Shown here piece by piece: positions 48,024 to 52,874 of a stretch of 52,874 bases of DNA (the first letter of the stretch is position 1; the number at the start of each line of letters is the position of its first letter). A program made the position numbers and the translations under genes. Source of the DNA: a virus (lineage: Duplodnaviria; Caudoviricetes); IMG/VR virus record IMGVR_UViG_3300017650_000224, positions 1 to 52,874 of that record; one strand, given 5' to 3'. The notes beneath the pieces are model-generated. The model saw nothing but the letters and a program-made list of their open reading frames with translations. It ran no database searches and was not told the origin of the DNA.

Positions 48024-48431
48024 CTAGTTGAGCGACTGGCGCTGTCCGGCCTCAAGGATTGGCAGGTTCGCCTCGGTCGGAACGTAAATAACGTTGCGGC
48101 CGCCCTGACTGGTGTTTTCCAGCATTTCGATATAGCGCCAGCGCAGGTAGCCTTCCGCGCCGCCGAGGCTATCGGCAATGATGGCGTTGGCCTCGGCCAC
48201 GCCACGCGAGCGGGCGACTTCAGCCTGACTGGTGAGATCGGCAGCATCCAGTGCAGCTTGCGCCTCCAGAACCCGAATGCGTCGGTTGCTTTCAACCTCG
48301 GCAAGCTGAGCGCGGCCCGCCGACTCTTTCACGTAGATGTCGTATTGCGGATAGTAGGCAGCGCACCCAACGACGCCGCCGATTACGAGAATGACGCTTG
48401 CAACCGCGCCAACAACTCCTGCTGCACTCAT
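48024..48431 (-). CDS. Membrane protein, SPFH/band-7-like C-terminal segment
   Basis: N-terminal TM, GVAEANAIIADSL, IYVPTEANLPILEA. Confidence 0.7.
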   Translation of the reverse strand: MSAAGVVGAVASVILVIGGVVGCAAYYPQYDIYVKESAGRAQLAEVESNRRIRVLEAQAALDAADLTSQAEVARSRGVAEANAIIADSLGGAEGYLRWRYIEMLENTSQGGRNVIYVPTEANLPILEAGQRQSLN

Positions 48432-48663
48432 AGGTTTTCTCCTCATTTTCACGCATACGGCGGCCAATTGCAGGCCTGCCAGAGCAACAGACACAGGGCG
48501 GCGAGCAGCATGATTTCCATCATCTCAACGCCCCGATTGCTTGGAGCACCCATGCTGCGGGTAGCAGCAGGGTGAGGGTCACGACGGCCGCGAAAAGCGC
48601 GGTGCGCAGCGCCCGCAGCGGCGGGTGAAGCCGCTGGTCATACGGATGACAAAAGTTCATGGC

Positions 48664-49689
48664 TCAGGCGGCGGTGAGGGCCGACAGAGGAACGCCGTGG
48701 CTGGGGTTACGCAGGCCAGGAATGTTGACGTTGGCGTGCGTGCCATGAGGGTGAATGCCGGTCACCTTCACGCGCAGAGTCGCGAACTGCCCGGGGCGGA
48801 TGGTGGAATCGACCAGCAACAATTCGTCGTCTCGCCACCATTCGAAGCCTACATGGCCGGAGCAGCTGCGAAGTGACATGACACCCTTAGCGTTGCGGGT
48901 TGCGACGACGAACTCCCTGTCGTCTTCCTTCACCCGCACTCGATCACCCACTTTGAACTTCGGCTCTGCAGGCGTTGCTGTTGCGGGACCAAGCGCAACG
49001 GGGTCTTCATCCTCGGACGGCCATTCGGCGACGAGGTCGTATCCCGCCGTCATTTCGTTTCGATTGGGGCTGCCCACCGGCCAAAAACTGCCGTCCTCGT
49101 GCCACGCCTCAACGAAGTCGTGGTTATTGCCGTCAGAGCGCCAAAAGAAAGCCCCGCCACCACGTCCACGACGCACAGGCCCGACCTTCCGCCCGTCGCG
49201 CGTGCGGTAATAACGCCCGACTTGGATTTGCAGCGCGTCTGCCCCTTGCGCTTGCGCGGCAGTTGGCAGGGGTTCAAAGTTTTCCAGTAGTCCACGGAGC
49301 GACCAGTTGTGCTCCCGGTTGCCTGCCTCGTCGGTCAAGTGGAACATGCGCTCGCCGCCGCCGCCGACAATTTCGTACTCACCGTCACGCCGGTAGTAAT
49401 GGCTATCCTTGCCCTTCCACCGAACCCGATCCCCAACCTTGAACTTGACCTCGGTGCTCTGCTGGCCACCCTGCTCCTGCTCGGCACGTGCAGGGGTGTC
49501 GTCGTTGGCGGCGTCAAGAACAGTCAGGCTGCGCTTGGCCCACCAGACCTTAACACCGCTCAACCACGTACTGTCGCCGATGCATCCGGCGTACCGAACC
49601 TGCCGCTCGCCCTTTCTCTTCCCGACAATCGTTCCGACGTCACCGTCTTCGTCGCGCACACGTGCGCCAATACCGTATTTACCGGCCAT
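48664..49689 (-). CDS. Multi-SH3/KOW-like repeat protein
   Basis: Repeated KFKVGDRVR-type units and GRYYRTRDGRKV. Confidence 0.7.
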   Translation of the reverse strand: MAGKYGIGARVRDEDGDVGTIVGKRKGERQVRYAGCIGDSTWLSGVKVWWAKRSLTVLDAANDDTPARAEQEQGGQQSTEVKFKVGDRVRWKGKDSHYYRRDGEYEIVGGGGERMFHLTDEAGNREHNWSLRGLLENFEPLPTAAQAQGADALQIQVGRYYRTRDGRKVGPVRRGRGGGAFFWRSDGNNHDFVEAWHEDGSFWPVGSPNRNEMTAGYDLVAEWPSEDEDPVALGPATATPAEPKFKVGDRVRVKEDDREFVVATRNAKGVMSLRSCSGHVGFEWWRDDELLLVDSTIRPGQFATLRVKVTGIHPHGTHANVNIPGLRNPSHGVPLSALTAA

Positions 49690-49751
49690 CTGATTTTCTC
49701 CTCATGGTAAGTCGGCGGTTGGTGGCCGCCTATTTGTTCGCCGCCGAGCGG

Positions 49752-50021
49752 CTAGTTCGCGACCGGGAACGGCACGACCACTCCGGTCACTTCGGCTTCT
49801 TCCGCGTCGGCGTCATCGTGCCGCTCGACCAATGAAAGCTGGGACTCGGACCACTCGCGCTCTTGCGGCGAGCCTGTGCCGTCGATGTATTCGACCCAGT
49901 AGGTGGCTTCCTTGCGCATATGGACGGCCCAGCCCGTGATAAAGCCAACAATGGCCGAACCCAAAATCCGAACGCAGTCGCCGATGTAGAAGCCGTCGTC
50001 TTGGTCCGCCGGGCCGGTCAT
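49752..50021 (-). CDS. Small SH3-like hypothetical protein
   Basis: FYIGDCVRI...YWVEY...WSESQL. Confidence 0.65.
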   Translation of the reverse strand: MTGPADQDDGFYIGDCVRILGSAIVGFITGWAVHMRKEATYWVEYIDGTGSPQEREWSESQLSLVERHDDADAEEAEVTGVVVPFPVAN

Positions 50022-50239
50022 GCCGCCACCTCAACTGGATAGACGTCGTGGGACTTGAACCACTGACGGACCTTCCGCCCGTCAGGCAGCACCTGCTCGA
50101 CCCAGTAATGGTCGCCGGTGGGCCCGTCCTTGCGCTCGACGATCGTGCCGCGCAGGGTCACCTCGACGGTTTCGCCGAGGCCGTAATCGTATTGCTTTGC
50201 GGCGGGCTGGGTCGCCACTGCCTGCTGCATCCCGGTCAT
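50018..50239 (-). CDS. Small SH3-like hypothetical protein
   Basis: YGLGETVEV...YWVE...WF; ends EVAA. Confidence 0.65.
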   Translation of the reverse strand: MTGMQQAVATQPAAKQYDYGLGETVEVTLRGTIVERKDGPTGDHYWVEQVLPDGRKVRQWFKSHDVYPVEVAA

Positions 50240-50382
50240 GCCGCTGCCTGCTGGATGGAAATGCGCGGCAGCTTGATGTCGATGTAGCGCAGCGTCGTGT
50301 TGCAGCCGGTTTCGATCAACCGACGCACTGTGGTGGTTGGGCGCTTACCGCTGGGGCGTCTCGCTGTATCCGTTGAATTCAT
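50236..50382 (-). CDS. First early ORF (48 aa, MNSTDTARR...QQAAA)
   Basis: Translated by hand; GAGGAG SD; ATGA overlap. Confidence 0.55.
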   Translation of the reverse strand: MNSTDTARRPSGKRPTTTVRRLIETGCNTTLRYIDIKLPRISIQQAAA

Positions 50383-50573
50383 GGGCCTACTCCTCTAAAT
50401 GGTAGGCGCCCGGTTGGTAGCCGGGACGCCGGAAAGCTTTGGTTGTGGTTCGCCGTTTGGCCTACTTCTCGCCGCTGTGAGTACGCATGCGCCCTGTGGG
50501 GCTAAGCGGGTGGTACCGAGCTACGGCTCCCCGCAGGGCGTATTTTTGGTTGGCGTGACTGCTGACAACGAGC

Positions 50574-50602
50574 AATATGCGCGAATCGCATAAAATTGTC
50601 AA
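50574..50602 (-). promoter_or_regulatory. Leftward early promoter overlapped by an operator
   Basis: TTGACA-N17-CATATT; TATGCG-N5-CGCATA palindrome across the spacer. Confidence 0.75.
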
Positions 50603-50659
50603 TACTTTTATGCGATCTTCGCGAGTGACAATCGCATTTCAGCTATGCGATAAGCACTT
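50576..50659. promoter_or_regulatory. CI operator array (ATGCG-N5-CGCAT and half-sites)
   Basis: One perfect and about three partial copies upstream of cI. Confidence 0.7.
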
Positions 50660-51406
50660 ATGGAACGCGAAATCATAGCGAAATGGCTGGAAACCGGCAT
50701 CAAGGTTGCCGACATCACCCAGAGCGATCTGGCTGAGGCAATCGGTATTTCGCAGGACCAGGTCAGCAAGATCATCAAAAGGAAGCGGTCAATGACTGCC
50801 GTGGAGATGATTCGTGCCGCCATATTCCTGAGTCGTGAACTGCCCGCCCGAGAGCTGGCAGGTGAAATCCGGCCCCTTCATCTGGAATACGAGGCAACGG
50901 AGCCATTAGCGCTGCCGGCCGCCATCACGCCCGAGATGCGCTTTAACATCCCGGATAACGGCATCCCGCAGATCGACGGCAGCATTGGCCTGGGCTCACG
51001 CGATGACGTGGAAACCCTAACGATTGACCTTGGAAACGGAGAAAATACTGCAGCCGTGGCAGTATTAGGCACGTGGCACATACCCTCGTCCGTCCTTCAG
51101 CGGCGCGTCCGGACTTCCGTGAAGAATCTCCACATGGTCGAGTGCGAGGGTAACTCGATGCACCCGCTGATTAAGGATGGGGACATGGTCATGATTGACC
51201 AGTCACGCCGCAATCCTAACATGCCGGGGGTTTTCGCGCTTTACGAAGATGGCGGGCAGACCATCAAACAGGTCGAGGTCGTGCGCGGCACTGACCCCCT
51301 CAAGCTCCGCCTGATCCCAGCCAACAAAGATTACTCCACGTACGAAGTGAACGCCGACGAGGTTCATATTATCGGCCGCTATGTCGCGCGATTCACAGTG
51401 GACTAG
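50660..51406 (+). CDS. cI: CI-like repressor (XRE HTH plus S24 peptidase)
   Basis: TQSDLAEAIGISQDQVSKI; GNSMHP..DGD, IKQV. Confidence 0.92.
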   Translation: MEREIIAKWLETGIKVADITQSDLAEAIGISQDQVSKIIKRKRSMTAVEMIRAAIFLSRELPARELAGEIRPLHLEYEATEPLALPAAITPEMRFNIPDNGIPQIDGSIGLGSRDDVETLTIDLGNGENTAAVAVLGTWHIPSSVLQRRVRTSVKNLHMVECEGNSMHPLIKDGDMVMIDQSRRNPNMPGVFALYEDGGQTIKQVEVVRGTDPLKLRLIPANKDYSTYEVNADEVHIIGRYVARFTVD

Positions 51407-51425
51407 CCGTCTGGACGCAAGCAAC

Positions 51426-51476
51426 TTGCGATAATCGCATTTAATAGTTGACTTTCGCATAAGCCTGCCGCATTCT
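51426..51476 (+). promoter_or_regulatory. Rightward early promoter with operators
   Basis: TTGCG-N5-CGCAT at 51426; TTGACT-N17-CATTCT at 51448-51476. Confidence 0.7.
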
Positions 51477-51528
51477 CTCCTCATGCAACGGGATTACCAC
51501 CCCCGTAGCGCTACCAGAGGAGAAAATC

Positions 51529-51810
51529 ATGACGAACGGCATTACCAGCACCACGATTCCCGTCAGAAGACCTGATGGCGCGAGCTGCGTGTCTGGGCTT
51601 GTCCTGGCTCGCGCCTTCGCAGGGGATAACGAACGGACAATCGAGGAGGCGCGGCCGGACCCATTCGGCCGCGTATTTGCATCGAGCGTCGAGCCGATGT
51701 GCCGCCCCGACCACAAGGCCAAGAAGCACGGCCGCCCGAAGCCGAAGAAGTGGGCCCGCAGGGCTGACCGGCGGGCAGCGATGCTGGAGCTGGTGGGAGA
51801 CGGGGAATGA
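51529..51810 (+). CDS. Basic hypothetical protein
   Basis: GAGGAG SD; first ORF of the rightward operon. Confidence 0.65.
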   Translation: MTNGITSTTIPVRRPDGASCVSGLVLARAFAGDNERTIEEARPDPFGRVFASSVEPMCRPDHKAKKHGRPKPKKWARRADRRAAMLELVGDGE

Positions 51811-52079
51811 GTGTGTTCAACTGGACGATGGTGCCGCAGGTTGGTGACTGGTGGGGGGACAAGCCAGCCGAGATTGTTGGCCCGAACGGCAGGACGATAG
51901 CCACGTTGGTAATGACCGAGAACCCGGCCGACGCCAACGCAGTGGCTGCAAAAATGGCCGCCGCTCCTGAAATGCTGGAAGCGCTAAGGCAGGTCAAAGC
52001 ACAGTGCCAAGAGTTCTTGCCACTTGGGTTGGACCAGCAGATTTGCGACGCGCTCAACAAAGCCGAGGGCCGGTTATGA
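51807..52079 (+). CDS. Phage hypothetical protein
   Basis: ANA..MAAAPEMLEAL motif. Confidence 0.75.
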   Translation: MSVFNWTMVPQVGDWWGDKPAEIVGPNGRTIATLVMTENPADANAVAAKMAAAPEMLEALRQVKAQCQEFLPLGLDQQICDALNKAEGRL

Positions 52080-52249
52080 CCACGCTCGCCCTGCGGTCCG
52101 GCCACTGGCGCCCCACCCTATCCGAACACGACCGACAATTCCTGCGCGCCCTGCCATGGGGCTTGCTCGCCGCAGCTGCAACGCTGGCGCTCTGCTGGCC
52201 GCTGCGCTTTGACGGCGAAATGATTTGGGTGGCTTTGGCTGCCCTCTAA
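52076..52249 (+). CDS. Small membrane protein
   Basis: 57 aa, ATGA-coupled, hydrophobic. Confidence 0.55.
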   Translation: MTTLALRSGHWRPTLSEHDRQFLRALPWGLLAAAATLALCWPLRFDGEMIWVALAAL

Positions 52250-52341
52250 CCGCCCCGCTTGCCGCGCCCTAGCGCGCAATCGGGCAGCCTGTACCACCAC
52301 CCGGCCTCACCAGCCACCACCTACCACGAGGAGAAATTCAA

Positions 52342-52569
52342 ATGGCTATTTCGCATTTGCCGACCGCCTTCACCTACCCGGTTATCACCGCCGACCGCGC
52401 CCTTGCCGCAGGCATTTCTGCCGGGTCACTCGCCGCAACCGCCGATTGGAACCAACGGCGCGCCAAGGGTCCGGACAAGCAGCGCCGACTGGCTCAGGCC
52501 GCAGAACTGCGGCGGGTTGCTGCGCAACTGGCCGCAAATGACAATGGTGAGCGGAGGGTGGCGGCGTGA
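52342..52569 (+). CDS. Small protein ending in an ssrA-like tag
   Basis: GAGGAG SD; ends AANDNGERRVAA. Confidence 0.75.
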   Translation: MAISHLPTAFTYPVITADRALAAGISAGSLAATADWNQRRAKGPDKQRRLAQAAELRRVAAQLAANDNGERRVAA

Positions 52570-52874
52570 CCCGCTACACACGCCCTGAGCCGGTGCCGCA
52601 ATGGGTGAGCGGGCCGGCGAATGATAACGGACGTCAAAGCGTCCTACCACGGTCCCTGCCACCGATCGGTCTTTCGCGCGAAACTGCCGCTGCCTACATC
52701 GATATTAGCCCGAGCAAGTTCGACCAGCTCGTGGCGGATGGCCGAATGCCTCGACCGAAGAAAATCGACGGACGACGGGTTTGGGATCGGGTCAAGATCG
52801 AGCGATACTTCGCTGCCCTGCCGGGTGACGAGGATGGTTCCGAGGAGCAAGATGAATGGGCCGCCTACTGCTAG
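52566..52874 (+). CDS. Excisionase-like AlpA/HTH protein
   Basis: GLSRETAAAYIDISPSKFDQLVADGRMPRP...RRVWDR. Confidence 0.8.
   Translation: MTRYTRPEPVPQWVSGPANDNGRQSVLPRSLPPIGLSRETAAAYIDISPSKFDQLVADGRMPRPKKIDGRRVWDRVKIERYFAALPGDEDGSEEQDEWAAYC

Noticed and set aside
52566-52874. Integrase and att sites
   Set aside because: The window ends at the xis-like stop codon; no recombinase ORF or terminal direct repeat is visible

Overview
The window is a nearly complete, apparently intact temperate siphovirus (prophage) of an alphaproteobacterium, probably Hyphomicrobiales, judged from GTA-like tail genes and DUF982, RHH and Omp25-type morons. From right to left it carries: an excisionase-like gene at the window edge (no integrase seen); a CI repressor flanked by operators and outward-facing promoters; and a long leftward early operon (Sak4-like ATPase, DUF669 SSB, beta clamp, Cas4-like nuclease, ECF-type sigma, helicase, Gp157, two orphan methyltransferases, primase-polymerase/helicase, VRR-NUC, two HNH genes). 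Further left are a cspA moron, a putative late regulator, a structured non-coding leader with two tRNAs, HNH/terminase/HK97 head genes, tail genes with a lambda-type GGGAAAG frameshift, morons, a lysis cassette and a nucleotide-metabolism cluster. Two genome-wide patterns are not explained by this annotation. (1) Fourteen in-frame [A/P/G]ANDN peptides, written with varying synonymous codons, occur in 12 unrelated non-virion proteins. Several form complete C-terminal copies of the alphaproteobacterial ssrA (tmRNA) degradation tag (AANDN...AA), suggesting a hard-wired SspB/ClpXP degron programme. (2) About 11 intergenic hairpins with unrelated stems share a C(C/U)ACCAA-type loop, each followed by ACCA abutting the Shine-Dalgarno sequence, suggesting an RNA-level regulon. 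All calls come from reading the sequence by eye; no searches were run.
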